A DNA stretch of 64,000 bases from Octopus vulgaris (GCA_951406725.2 OX597819.1:108004001-108068000); one strand, 5' to 3'; positions 26,874 through 40,225 are shown, counted from the first letter of the stretch. Program-made: numbers and translations. The notes: generated from the letters alone by a model not told the origin.

Positions 26874-29106
26874 GTATGTAGAAGATAGCTTTTATGCAGT
26901 GCGATTAAGTTAAATAGTTGCTGAAAGTTGTTGTTTAGCCCCAGGTCAGCGTTTTCCTGCAGACCTAAGATCAACAGCTGTGACAGTTATATCTTTTATA
27001 GTGAGGGCCACAGTATCTGGCGGAATTTTGGAATAGCTGTCACTGCCATATAGGGAAGGGAAAAAAAAAACAGAGAATTGGGAGGGGTGGAAAATGTTAA
27101 AAATGTTTGAAAAAATCTTTCAGAAACGTAATTCCTGTTACACAAAACAAAAATCCACCGAACTCCCCTACCCTTTTTCTTTCCTTTGGTGTAGTGATAG
27201 CTATTCCAAAACTCCACCGTTATCGACTGCGCCTGTCCTCTGGGGTGCTAAAAGAGAGAGATACGACTAATATTTCTAACAGGTTCACGTAGAGGCTCCT
27301 TCGTTCATTATTATTTTGCTCCAGGTTAACCATGATTAAAAGTTTTCCAGTTATGACCGTAGCCTTCCTTTTTTAAGATTGAAGTGTGTGATTTGGAGGA
27401 GATTTTGGCTGTTATTTATTTAACAAATATTTGTAATTACAGACGTATTTAATTGACACTTCAATTACATTTTTAACGATAGCTTCAACAAGGTTGTTAA
27501 AATTATCGACAAAACTTTTCCAAATCACATTCTATGATACTATCTTTTAAAAAAGGGACACATTGGAGAATTTGGCCCTTGTTAGATTATGTCTGAATAA
27601 AAGACGAGATGTGGTGACGGCTAGAATTTTGATAATTGCGGTTTGCACAATCAAGACAGACCTGGAGTTAAACAACAGCGGTCATTATATGTTTCAGTAG
27701 TGTATTATGTGTAGAAAGACATTGTATATTATCAGTTGTTACCTGAAATAGAATAACAATGCAAATTAACAATTTTGTATGGGAGACTGTCTGGATGTAC
27801 AGTTCTATTTCTGCTGTCATCACTTCCAATAATGAACTGCAAAAAGCAGTGAGTTCTTGTAGAAATGAGCGAGCAACACAAAACGCTATAGTTGTTTTGT
27901 TTTTTTTAATTAAAAAAACTTTTTTGGTCTGGAGAAAGAAACTGTGTTCATGACCTTTGATAACTCCCCAGAACAGGTGAGATTGATGCAGTATGTAGAA
28001 GATAGCTTTTATGCAGTGCGATTAAGTTAAATAGTTGCTGAAAGTTGTTGTTTAGCCCCAGGTCAGCGTTTTCCTGCAGACCTAAGATCAATAGCTGTGA
28101 CAGTTATATCTTTTATAGTGAGGGCCACAGTATCTGGCGGAATTTTGGAATAGCTGTCACTGCCATATAGGGAAGGGAAAAAAAAACAGAGAATTGGGAG
28201 GGGTGGAAAATGTTAAAAATGTTTGAAAAAATCTTTCAGAAACGTAATTCCTGTTACACAAAACAAAAATCCACCGAACTCCCCTACCCTTTTTCTTTCC
28301 TTTGGTGTAGTGATAGCTATTCCAAAACTCCACCGTTATCGACTGCGCCTGTCCTCTGGGGTGCTAAAAGAGAGAGATACGACTAATATTTCTAACAGGT
28401 TCACGTAGAGGCTCCTTCGTTCATTATTATTTTGCTCCAGGTTAACCATGATTAAAAGTTTTCCAGTTATGACCGTAGCCTTCCTTTTTTAAGATTGAAG
28501 TGTGTGATTTGGAGGAGATTTTGGCTGTTATTTATTTAACAAATATTTGTAATTACAGACGTATTTAATTGACACTTCAATTACATTTTTAACGATAGCT
28601 TCAACAAGGTTGTTAAAATTATCGACAAAACTTTTCCAAATCACATTCTATGATACTATCTTTTAAAAAAGGGACACATTGGAGAATTTGGCCCTTGTTA
28701 GATTATGTCTGAATAAAAGACGAGATGTGGTGACGGCTAGAATTTTGATAATTGCGGTTTGCACAATCAAGACAGACCTGGAGTTAAACAACAGCGGTCA
28801 TTATATGTTTCAGTAGTGTATTATGTGTAGAAAGACATTGTATATTATCAGTTGTTACCTGAAATAGAATAACAATGCAAATTAACAATTTTGTATGGGA
28901 GACTGTCTGGATGTACAGTTCTATTTCTGCTGTCATCACTTCCAATAATGAACTGCAAAAAGCAGTGAGTTCTTGTAGAAATGAGCGAGCAACACAAAAC
29001 GCTATAGTTGTTTTGTTTTTTTTAATTAAAAAAACTTTTTTGGTCTGGAGAAAGAAACTGTGTTCATGACCTTTGATAACTCCCCAGAACAGGTGAGATT
29101 GATGCA
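26874..29106 (+). repeat. Near-perfect tandem duplication: 26874-27990 (1117 bp) and 27991-29106 (1116 bp)
   Basis: Identical ORFs offset by 1116 bp; the only differences noticed are one C/T and A10 versus A9. Confidence 0.95.
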
Positions 29107-29952
29107 GTTGGAGAGTATGTCAGTCAATGAACAACGAAAGTTGATGCCTATGGGCAAGGAAGGAGTTTAGAAGGGTTCAGTAAGTGGGACTGGGCGTAGT
29201 GGTGACTGCAGGGTTAGAGTAAGATGAAGAGTAGAGATAGGTGTGACAGGAAGACTTTGATAGATGTGGCTTGCAAATGGTTAAGTCAGAGGAGCAGAGA
29301 CTGTCTGTACTACACTTCTTACTATTACCCACACTACAATATTTTTTTCTACCTACTCTACAACATCTACCATCTACACTACAATATATATATCACTGTC
29401 CATAGTCAACTGTTGTCAAAAATATATTTCTTCCCTACTGGATGTCTAAAATGTATATCCTTACCTAAACTGAATTTGCAACATATTACAGACTATCAAG
29501 GTAACACTTTTGATAACAGTCAGCCTGATAATTGTATACCATTTTGGAACTACAGCTCTCATATACTACATAGAGTTACAGCCATCATAGACAAAGACAC
29601 AACAATCATGTATTTAAATTATTGGTTCTATAATACAAAATTTCTTATTTAAAAATACCTTTATTTTAATTAAACCGTTTATAATAATTTTATGTAAGAA
29701 ATTTTTGTTATGTTCCAAACATAAGCTTAATAATGAAAACAATTTTCCTAAATTCCTGTAATTTCTTGATTATTTTCAAAATTAATTGAAGCACAAAATC
29801 TATGTTTTTCGTTAGAAATATTTTCAGGAAAAAGGTTTAACAAAATTAACAGTTATAAATCAGAAGTTTTGTATTCTCAGACAAAACCTTATTTAATTTG
29901 AAAGTTTGAATGCCAACCACTGGTCAATGTTTGTTTTCTTCTTGTATTTCAG
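26874..29952 (+). other. Putative 5' UTR intron of ZNF-C (donor uncertain)
   Basis: Candidate donor CG|GTATGT at 26874; strong acceptor TTTTCTTCTTGTATTTCAG| ending at 29952. Confidence 0.45.
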
Positions 29953-30097
29953 GTCATCTTACTGTGTTCATGAAATATATCTTGTGCTTCTGAAATACTC
30001 TCTCATAATGAGTATTTTTAAATGCAGAACATGTGGTTCATATTGAACACCTGAAATTGTAGTATATCCCTTTACAAACATCCTTGTTAAGCATAAA

Positions 30098-30150
<53 letters not shown>

Positions 30151-30264
30151 TATTCTATATTATTACGAGGGAAAATGTTCCTTCTTATGAAACAAGCTTG
30201 GCAACAGGAATTGCACCTGGCTGTAAAAATCCTATCTTAAATACTTCCTCTAAGTCATGCTAGC

Positions 30265-31485
30265 ATGGAAAAACAGTTATTAAGTGAACAAACAAATGAT
30301 TATGAAGAGAAATTATTTATTGTAAATAGCAACTTAATTAATACCAAAATGGTTAAATCAATAGCAAGACCATATCAATGTGACATTTGTGGCAAAGCAT
30401 TTACCAAAAATAGTCATTTGACAGATCATAGACGTACCCACACTGGTGATAAACCATTCCATTGTGAATTCTGTGCCAAGTCTTTCCCTGTGCAAAGCAG
30501 TTTAATTATGCATATATTGGTTCATACTGGAGAGAAGCAATACCATTGTGAAATTTGTAGCAAAGCATTCTCGCAAAACAGTAACTTGAAAAAGCATAAA
30601 CTTATTCACTCTGGTGAAAAACCCTATCAATGTGGAATTTGTGGAAAATCATTTGCTGTTGAAAATTACTTAATTCAACACAAATATATTCATACAAAAG
30701 AGAAACCATATCACTGTGGAATTTGTGGGAAATTATTTTCTTGTAAGAATTATTTATTGGTTCACAAGCGTGTTCACAAAGTAGTAAAACCGTTTCAGTG
30801 TCAAACTTGTGGAGAGAGCTTTTCTAAAGAAAAAGGTTTAATTCAACATGGAGTAATACACACTGGTGGGAAACCATTTGTGTGTGACATTTGTGGAAAG
30901 GCATTTTCTCAAAACAACTACCTGTTCATTCATAAACGAATTCACCAGCCAGGGAAACCTTATTGTTGTGAATTTTGTGGAAAAGCCTTCACTGTCAATA
31001 AAAATCTAATCCAGCATAAAGTTGTTCATAGTGGAAATAAACCTTACCACTGTGAAATTTGTGGAAAAATATTTTCCCGAAAGAATGAGTTAACTGTTCA
31101 CAAACGAGTTCACACTGGGGAAAAACCATACCATTGTGAAATTTGTGGAGAAGCTTTTGCTGAGAATAGTACTTTAATAAGACACAAACTGGTTCACACT
31201 GGAGAGAAATCATACTGCTGTGTCATTTGTGGTAAAGCATTTTCACTAAGAACTAACTTAAATAAACATAAACTGGTTCATACGGGAGAGAAACCTTTTC
31301 ATTGTGAATTTTGTGGGAAATTATTTGCTCAAAACAATAACTTAATTATACATAAACGTACTCATACAGGTGAGAAGCCCTACCACTGTGATTTTTGTAG
31401 GAAAACCTTCTCTTCAAATGGAAACTTAAAAAGACACAAACTTGTTCACATGGAGAAAGATATAAAAGCAAAGAATCTTAGCTAA
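30265..31485 (+). CDS. Tandem C2H2 zinc-finger protein (ZNF-C), 406 aa, 13 fingers
   Basis: Open ORF of C2H2 repeats; alternative in-frame ATG at 30349. Confidence 0.92.
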   Translation: MEKQLLSEQTNDYEEKLFIVNSNLINTKMVKSIARPYQCDICGKAFTKNSHLTDHRRTHTGDKPFHCEFCAKSFPVQSSLIMHILVHTGEKQYHCEICSKAFSQNSNLKKHKLIHSGEKPYQCGICGKSFAVENYLIQHKYIHTKEKPYHCGICGKLFSCKNYLLVHKRVHKVVKPFQCQTCGESFSKEKGLIQHGVIHTGGKPFVCDICGKAFSQNNYLFIHKRIHQPGKPYCCEFCGKAFTVNKNLIQHKVVHSGNKPYHCEICGKIFSRKNELTVHKRVHTGEKPYHCEICGEAFAENSTLIRHKLVHTGEKSYCCVICGKAFSLRTNLNKHKLVHTGEKPFHCEFCGKLFAQNNNLIIHKRTHTGEKPYHCDFCRKTFSSNGNLKRHKLVHMEKDIKAKNLS

Positions 31486-32103
31486 GTCACTTTTTGGATA
31501 GTTTCTTCATTAGATTGGTTCCTTAATCATTGAGAAATATTATTGAAGTTTTACTTAGTACTTGACCAACTAAACAGAATTAGTGAATATTCTTAATGTT
31601 GCCTGTGTTAATTGACCATCCACATTCTGTAGCCTTCAAGTAAAGAGAATCAATAATTCAGGGTTGGGTCTTTGGAAAAAATTCTCATTAAACAATATGT
31701 AAAAAGAAGTAAGTTGGCAGAGTCCTTGACTGAAAATGCTCTGAGATCAAATCTCACCATGGTCTCATATCCCTTCGATATTGATAAAAGAAGATACCAA
31801 TCTGGAATAGTTGATTGGTGACACCATAAGAACTTTAGTATTTGGTCCAGCTCTTTGCATTCTAAGTTCAAATTCGGCTATAGTATACTTGGGTGGTTGA
31901 CTTAATCCATTACCCAGTTTAACACCAACACTTGGCATTTTGGGTGCTTTTTCACAGAATCCTTTCTGCTGCAAGCATTCAGACTGGGTCTTTGATTTGA
32001 GCATACAATGAATTGAAGGAATTCGTTGCTATCTGTAGTCATTCTTTCTGGGTTGATAAAATAAAGCACCAGTAAAGTACTAGGTCGATGTAATGGACTA
32101 ACC

Positions 32104-32513
32104 CAGTGGTTCACAACCATTTTTTGCTTATGGACCCTCTTTGGTTCCTATTTTAATCTACTGGACCCCCCACCCCAGCCATTCAATATTTGAATAAAAT
32201 ATTATTATATTTTATAACTGAATATTAGGAGAGTCAAGACTATTGAAAAGGTTGCAAGACGCAACGAACATTTTAGGAAAATAAAAATAAGAAACAAGTG
32301 GAAATTTTACCAATGAGTGTGTTAAATTATAAGGCACAAAAAGAAAATGATTCTCCCCAGACACAACTGAATATTAGGAATTGTGTAAAAAAAAGTTGTT
32401 GAAATATTTTGTGTATTGTTGAAGTATAACCAATTTTATTTCACATGAATTTTAACAACAAAATCTTGTATGGACCCCACTATGGTCATATGAACTCCAG
32501 TTGAGAACCGCTG
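32104..32513. mobile_element. hAT (Charlie/Buster-like) MITE nested in a SINE
   Basis: CAGTGGTTCACAAC ... GTTGAGAACCGCTG; 8 bp TSD GACTAACC/GACGAACC. Confidence 0.75.
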
Positions 32514-33677
32514 GACGAACCCCTCCCCTAAATTTGCTGGCCTTGTGCCTAAATTTTAAAATATGGTCTAAGGGAAATAACTCTGAATTAGCAAGGACCA
32601 TGAAACTATGTTAACAGTCGCTTTATTTGTGATATATGAAGTTGAGGGTTTATATATCAATTGTTTCTAACAGGCACGAGGCCTGAAATTTGGGAGAAAG
32701 AATTATTCACTATCGTTAAATATAAAGTTGAACTCAGCACGTAAAGGATTGAAAGAATATCACAAGCCATTTCTTCTGATACTAATGGTTCTGCCAATTT
32801 TCTTCTCATAAATGTATTTATAACACTGATCTTTGAGATGGACACAAGGCGTCATATTTTGTAAGGAGGAAACACTCAATTATATTATCATCAATACTTG
32901 ACTAGTACTTACTTTATCAACCGTGGAAGAAGGAAAAACAAAGTTGTCACCAGAACAATCTAACCTCAGAATATAACCAGCTACCACAAGTCTGCCAAAC
33001 CACTGCTCTTAAATTCACTTCTCATAAGGTTTGCTAATACTGGCTCACACATTTTGGGAAAGGGTTTAGTTGATTTAACTGACATCCATACGTTACTGGT
33101 ATTGATTTTACTGTCTTTAAATGAAATTTTTATAATAAACAAGAAGCAGTTTATTACACATGAATTTTCTTTTTTAATGCGTCATCTACGAAAAAACATT
33201 TTTTCCTTATGTGTACTTAGCGTAATAAAACCAAATTTCAATGCTATGTATAGTTATAATGGACTGTTCATGAGCTTGAAGACTTTCTTTTCATATGTAA
33301 ATTGAAATATTTTTACATGATTTGGAGAAAATATTGCTGTAACCCTTTTACTGTGGAAAAACTCAAGAAGACGTTGACAATACAAATATTTCTTTTAAAT
33401 ATTTAAACCTTTTTGAAATGAAAATAAATGGCAAAGTTTTCATTGGTTAGCTGTAATGTTTCATTCAGGTTTTTGTAAATTTGTTGGGGACTAAATATTG
33501 TTTAACTAGAGGTGAGATCTGGGATCATAGGCATTCCTTTTTTAAGGCATAGTAAGTACAGGACTACATTCCATGAAGTGTTCTTCTTTAAGACAATAGG
33601 GTGAGAAATTTGGTTGCTATTTCTTATAGTTTGAGTGAGCACAAGGAGGCTCACAGGAACTAGAAATAGATGATATA

Positions 33678-34531
33678 CAGGGTCAGGCAAAATGATCTGA
33701 CACATTTGTAGGTTAAATAAAAGGCATTGTTTTTCGTTTCTTTTTCAGTTGCTGCCATGAATTGGACTGGTGAGCATCGCGCTTTCATTGTGGAAACGTT
33801 TATCAAAACAAACGATTCTGTAACTGCAACACAAAGAGCGTTCCGTTTGCGCTTCAATCTTGATCCCGTACCAGCTCGAAACACGATCTTGTTATGGGTT
33901 ACCAACTTCAGAGCTACTGGATCTGCATTGAAATGAAAATCAACCGGCCGACCTTGCACCGCCAGAACTCCAGAAAATGTGGCAGTGGTAAGAGCTTCAG
34001 TTCAACAGTCTCCACACCGTTCCACATTTAAACACGCCCAGGCTCTTAAACTTTCCGAAAGAAGTTTGCGAAGAATTCTTCACAATGATCTTCAAATGCA
34101 TCCATACAAAATGATGTTGGCACAAGAACTCAGCGAAAGAGACACTGAAACTCGCAGAGCATTGTGTTTGGAAATTCAACAACATGTCCCCCATGCAGCA
34201 GTTGTGTTGTTCAGTGACGAGGCACATTTTCACCTGTGTGGCACAGTGAATAAGCAAAACTTCAGATACTGGGCCGAGAACAACCCTCGTGAGTTGCATG
34301 AACGCTCTTTGCATTGTCCTCGGGTGACTGTATGGTGTGCTGTGGCAGAATTCGGTATATGGGGTCCGTACTTCTTCGAAGGATCCCATTTGACTGATTT
34401 AATTTTTAAAACATAATGAAACAAAATGGCATTATATGTACTTTTCAAAAATAAAAACACTTTTTTGTTTCTTTACTTCATTTGCCTTTTATTTAACCTA
34501 CAAATGTGTCAGATCATTTTGCCTGACCCTG
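33678..34531 (+). mobile_element. Tc1/mariner element (rosa/DD41D-like), internally deleted
   Basis: Perfect 49 bp TIRs CAGGGTCAGGCAAAATGATCTGACAC..., TA TSD; transposase from 33757 with one stop; FSDEAHF and VNKQNFRYW present, later catalytic residues missing. Confidence 0.92.
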
Positions 34532-35272
34532 TATGTAATTAAGTATGGAACATTTAAGGAAGGTGTGATTAGATGTGATGTTTAAATATGGAGGTGTATA
34601 AAAAGGTTGATGACAAAGATGAGCAGTATTTTGCAGTTAGGTCATAGGGCAGCCTTGATCTGGCAGACCCATGCACAAAGGCATGTATGGCATAGTTTAG
34701 TTGCAGCTTAGCCTTGACTGGAAGGACCTAGGATCATATATGTTGGCCATCCTGTCCAGTTATCTAATGTTTTTTTATTCTTTTATTAATGATAGGCTCC
34801 TCAACTCATTGTTTATTGTAGAAAGATGCCATTGGAAAGATTAGGATTCACCTCATGTTTTTGAATTTGTATTTTGCTGACACTTAATACAGGATTAGTT
34901 AAATGCTCAACCCTATTCCCACCAAGTTAATACATCACCTTAAGGTTTCTATGGTTTGGAACCCTATTCACCCCTAAACACATGGATACAAAAAAACTTC
35001 AGTAGGCATACTTTGATGGTCTTTTTTATCTATGCAAATACAAAGGAAGTAACAGTATATAGGTCCAAATCTAGAATAGAGGCTAGCTGCTCATGTAGAG
35101 ATAATGTGACATGGTCACTACAACACAGAAACCTGGAGATAGTGACAAAGGATTCCAACGGAACAACAGTACAATGGAAAGTTTCTGAACTTTAAAAATG
35201 AGTTTTTTCTTTTTGCTCCTGTTCTAGGTGAAGATATATTTAAGTGAACTGATTGGCTGCACCATAAATATA

Positions 35273-35793
35273 CTGCAAATCCTCGAGTATAATCTGCATT
35301 TTTTCCCAAAATTTAAAGGTCAAAATCCCTAGTGCGTACTATATACGAGGTTAAAAATGAAAAATATATTCTAAGCAATGTCCGAGTCTCTATTTGCTGT
35401 CCGGTAATGTCTATTCAGATGCATTTTGTGATGTCGGGCGCAAAAATACCTTAAGCTAAGCCTGAAAGCAATGAAGTCATAAAAGAATCATCCATAACTT
35501 GCAGTAAGCAACATTTATTAAAATAAAAGTATTCAGAACACAGAATAACATGTAACAAAAACAATTTTCAAACATATTTACATTCCCATATAACAGTTAA
35601 AAACATCACCATTATTGTATTACGCATGCACGGAAGTGTTTGTTCGACTAGGTGCTGCTGGCTTAATTATGCACAACTCAAGTTAGAGAAGTGGTGCATA
35701 TTATACACAAGGTTTAGGTTTTTCAGAGGTACAGCCCCCTAAAAATCCCCTGTGTATTATACTCAAGGGTGGACTATACTCGAGGATTTACGG
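35273..35793. mobile_element. Non-autonomous Tc1/pogo-type MITE
   Basis: TA|CTGCAAATCCTCGAGTATAATC ... GACTATACTCGAGGATTTACGG|TA. Confidence 0.78.
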
Positions 35794-36139
35794 TAAACAT
35801 TGGCTCTTCTCCCCTTGGTGTTTCCCTTACCACAATGTGAAGAATCACTATGAAGTTAGGTCCCTCTTCACACAAAGCCTTGATATATGCAAGCTAATAC
35901 ATGCATGTATATGGCTAGACATTTTAAAATTAATTCTTTACTACACTCAGCCTCATTTCCTCAAGTCTCTGTCTCACCCTACTCTTGCCCTACCCTACCT
36001 CACACTGCAAACCAATATCTTTACTGGGCGCTGGGGCTAAATTTGATAGTTTGCATAAAAGGAAAGAAAGCATATCTCATTCAAAAATAAAAGTATTTTT
36101 AGAAAATCAATAAATATCTATGGCTGAGAGATAATCTAC

Positions 36140-36790
36140 TCAAAGTAGCCAACCTCAGTTTCCACCACAACTTCATGATGGCTCTAGAACTTGAAGCATA
36201 TGTTCCTCATTGCGTCCCTGAGAAGATCTCCAAATACCTTCTTGATCTTGGCCACCAGCTCAGCCTTGGTTTTGCAGGTGGAGTGGTTGGTGTCTTTCTG
36301 AAACACGTCCCATACATAGCAATCTATGGGATTACAATCAGGAAATAGAAGGCCCGGAATTGGGGCTGGTGAAGTTGTAGAAATTATACTCCTAACTTTT
36401 TCCAAAGGTATGGCCTTCCAGCAGCATAACACAGCCGTCTGAAGTGAGTATATGGCCCTGTTCAAAGATGTAGGGTGGCATGACGTTTCCCTTACTGAAG
36501 ACACACCAAAAGATCATCACAGTTTGGGGGGAAACATAGTTTTCATGATACTTGGGACATTACATCGATTGTAGGCAAGCCATCTGTTGTGCAACTGGTT
36601 CTGGCAGAAGTCCTTTTTATCTGAGAAGAACCAAATCATCCCTGTCTCAACAGGATGCCTCAGGAGCTTCTTTAGCTTCGTCAAGTTCTCCTTGGCCTTA
36701 GCTAGCAGAATTTGACCCTGCACTTCTTGTATGAGTGGTAGCGAAGGTACTTGTTCAAGGTTAGCTTCATGGTGGCATTGCCAAATCCCA
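36140..36790 (-). mobile_element. Decayed mariner/maT-like transposase fragment
   Basis: WFFSDKKDF and PDCNPIDCYVW motifs in minus-strand ORFs. Confidence 0.75.
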
Positions 36791-37719
36791 GATTCCCTTG
36801 CTTGGATTTTCTGTCACCTTGTTGGGTGAATTACAGCGTTGAAGAGCATAAAGATTAAAGTTGTAGCTGAGAAAAAATTAGCTGATATCGAATACTAGAA
36901 GCCCTCTGAATATTGGAAAAGAGTTGTATCATGATGATTTGCATATCAAAATGTGACGTCATGACTGCTGCGAAGATCTCTGTGAACTCTGAAAAGCTCT
37001 AAGACGTGACATAGACGGCAGCAACGGAGACGTGGGCACCAAAGGACACAATAGGCGTTCCTGAAAAAAGGAAATAAGAAATCGTCAGATTTAACTCGAC
37101 CACCTTGTACACTGGCCAAGGGACGTAATTCTGATGAACTAAATATTCTTTTCGCTGGAGGGAGCTTATGATTTCATCTACGAATTTCGTTTCGGTTTTT
37201 TACAACCCCAGATATGACTCTGTCGCCTTCTGTGACAAAGCGCTCAGACTATACTCTTCCATTCAGTCATTTCTGATGATTGCTGGATTTGACTTCATTT
37301 CAAGCGTGAACACTGGGGTCTATGTAATCAACTCATCCCTTCCCCAAAAAATTGCTGGCCTTCTACTAAAATTTGAAACCAATTTATAACCCTGATTTGG
37401 TGCGAAACTGCATGGAATTTTCCATTACTCTTAACACACACAAAAATACACTAGAACAACTACTGTCTGAAATGTAGGATAAGATCACCTGACATGTTGT
37501 TGCCTTCGTCCATTACAGAACTGACAAGGTTTCAAATGCCAAATCAGCATACTTACACAAGTGTGCACTCCCACCAATTTATTTTCTCATAGGTGCACCT
37601 GAGCACTATATACAATAATTTCATTATTATTATTAGAAAAATGGGTATTTTTCAATAAAATTTTCTATAAATACCTTTCAGATGACGTAGATTACGATTA
37701 TATCAGAACTAAAAATTTT

Positions 37720-38039
37720 TGCATTATGTAGCTTGTTATTCTCTTTAAGTGAACATTTTCCTGGTTGAAATACACCGAAAAATGGCGACGCAGCAGTCAA
37801 AAAATTGTAAAAAAATAGGGATTTTCATAGATAAAAAGCACCCTTTTGATGTAAATAATTTTTGGTGTTAACAATGGTCCGATTTTAATTTTTTTTTCTT
37901 CTACGGAATGAAGGGCAAGCCTTCTATCATACTCTCAATTTTGGTCAACTTGCGCCGCAGGGTCTCGGAGGAGATAGTGTTAGTTGAAGGCTACCAAACC
38001 TGCCACACACACAGACAACTTCAGCTTTATATATATAGA
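37720..38039 (-). mobile_element. Helitron-like non-autonomous element, 5' end
   Basis: Minus strand begins A|TCTATATATATAAAGCTGAAGTTGTCTGTGTGTG, typical of Helitron 5' termini; left boundary approximate. Confidence 0.5.
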
Positions 38040-39217
38040 TTTTATGTGGGGGAAAGCATTGGGTGGGAAAATGCTCAGTGGTTAGAATGTTGGGCTCACA
38101 ACCATGAGGTAGTTAGCAGTTTGATTCCCAGATTGGGCTGTTTGTTGTGTGCTTGAGCAAGACACTTTATTTCACATTACTCCAGTTCACTCAGCTGCAG
38201 AAACGAGTTGTGATGTCACTGGTGCCAAGCTGTATCGACCTTTGCTTTTCCCTTGAATAACATTAGTGGCTTGCTGAGGGTAGACTGGTGAGCATGGGTG
38301 TCTCCTGGTCTTCCATAAGCAACATTGCCTGGACTTGTGCCTTGGAGGAGAACTTTCTAGGTGTAATCTCATGGTCATTCATGACCAAAGGGAGTCTTTA
38401 CCTTTTTATATGGGGAGAAAACTGTTGGGCGTCACGCATATATGCTGACATATTTTTTCAAACTTCCCAGTTTCCTTTAGTGTCACTATTATGTGTGTGC
38501 GCCCACCAATTTTCTTTTTCACTTTAGATTCCGATAAAATCGTAATGTACACCATCTGAAAGGTTGTTGCAGAAATTTTCATAGAAAAATATTAATATTT
38601 CTGAAAGCTCTGAGGATTAAACTTTGGTGGGGGGACACTTGCGTAGTTATGCCTACAGACACACACACACATTCGATATTTCAGCGGCCGTATCCCCGCG
38701 ATCTACTGTTCAAAAATGAGAAACGTGAAACTGAGTCACAGTTTTCAGTAAATATGATGAATTTTTATATCTCGTATTGGATACTTTCTTTTCTTCTCAT
38801 TCGACTTTTTTCTTTTGCTGAGATGGGAGGGGCAAAATGTAAACACACATACAAACATAGGCGCAGGCGTGGCTATATAATAAGAAACTTGCTTCCCAAA
38901 GATGTGTTTTAGGGTACAGTCTCAATGCGCAGCACTTTAGGCAAGTGCCTTCCATTATAACCCGGGGCCAACCAAACTTTGTAACAGGATTTGACAGACG
39001 AAAACTAAAAGAAGTCCGTCATATATATATGTTTGTGTTTCTCCCACACCACCGCTTGACAACCGGTGTTTGTTTGTTTACGTCCCCGTAAATTAGCAGT
39101 TCTGCAAAAACAGTACCACGTTTAAAATAAGTACCGGAGTCGATTTGTTTGACTAAACCATTCAAGGTAGTGCCCCAGAATGGCTGGAGTCCAATGATAA
39201 AAACAAATAAAAGATAT

Positions 39218-39503
39218 CATTATATATATATATTTATATATATATATATTTATATATAGGTATATATATATTTATATATATATAGATAGATATAGATATA
39301 TATATATATAGGTATATATATATAGATATATATATATATATAGGTATATATATAGGTATATATATATAGGTATATATATATATATAGGTATATATATATA
39401 TATAGATATATATAGGTATATATATATATATAGGTATATATATATAGGTATATATATATATAGGTATATATATATAGGTGTATATATATATATATATATA
39501 TAT
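39218..39503. repeat. (TA)n / TATAGG compound microsatellite
   Basis: Direct inspection. Confidence 0.95.
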
Positions 39504-39672
39504 AGTCTGGTCTTACAAAAAAAAAACAATATCAGATTTTCAAAGCCCTTGTTATTTAAACGATTTTTTAAAAAATAACGAAGTATTAAGAGACACGAAA
39601 TAAAAGGAAGTAGAAAAAGTTGAAGAAAGTAAAGTAAATTCAACATTAGTCTGTTTACTAATGTTTCATAGA

Positions 39673-39695
39673 TTAGTTTAGTCTGTACTTCCTGT
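39673..39695 (+). promoter_or_regulatory. Putative ZNF-D core promoter
   Basis: TTAGTTTAGTCTGTACTTCCTGT, 21/23 identical to the ZNF-C motif. Confidence 0.55.
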
Positions 39696-39917
39696 TCGCC
39701 GTCGCCATAGTCTGGTTTATTTAGTTTTCTGTTTAGGTTTCATGCTTAACTCCAATATTGGAGATATATATATTTAAATATTTAAATATTGGATAGTGAC
39801 AGTTGATAAGGGACTTTTAAAGAAGGTAAAGATGTGAACTATCCTGCCCCATTTAATTATACTGTTTAAGGAAATCCAAGAGAAAGCAGACAAGAGGGAC
39901 GAGAGCATTGTGTTGAG

Positions 39918-40177
39918 GTAGGGATAAGTTGTTTATTGTCAGACACTCAACGTGAGTTGAAAGGTTAAAAATCATAAGGAGTCAACGAACGAAAAATAAA
40001 CATTTTAATGACTCATATTTACTATGTATTCTTATTGTCACTGAATTATGTCATGACAAATGATGAAAAATTACGGGTTATGAAAAGTTTACGACAGATT
40101 AATTGACCTTTATATATATATAACTATATATATAATCAAAGATAATTGTTTTATATGCTTTTGACTGAACAAAGAAC

Positions 40178-40225
<48 letters not shown>

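Noticed and set aside
39272-39646. YI-rich 124 aa ORF
   Set aside because: Translation of the (TA)n microsatellite.
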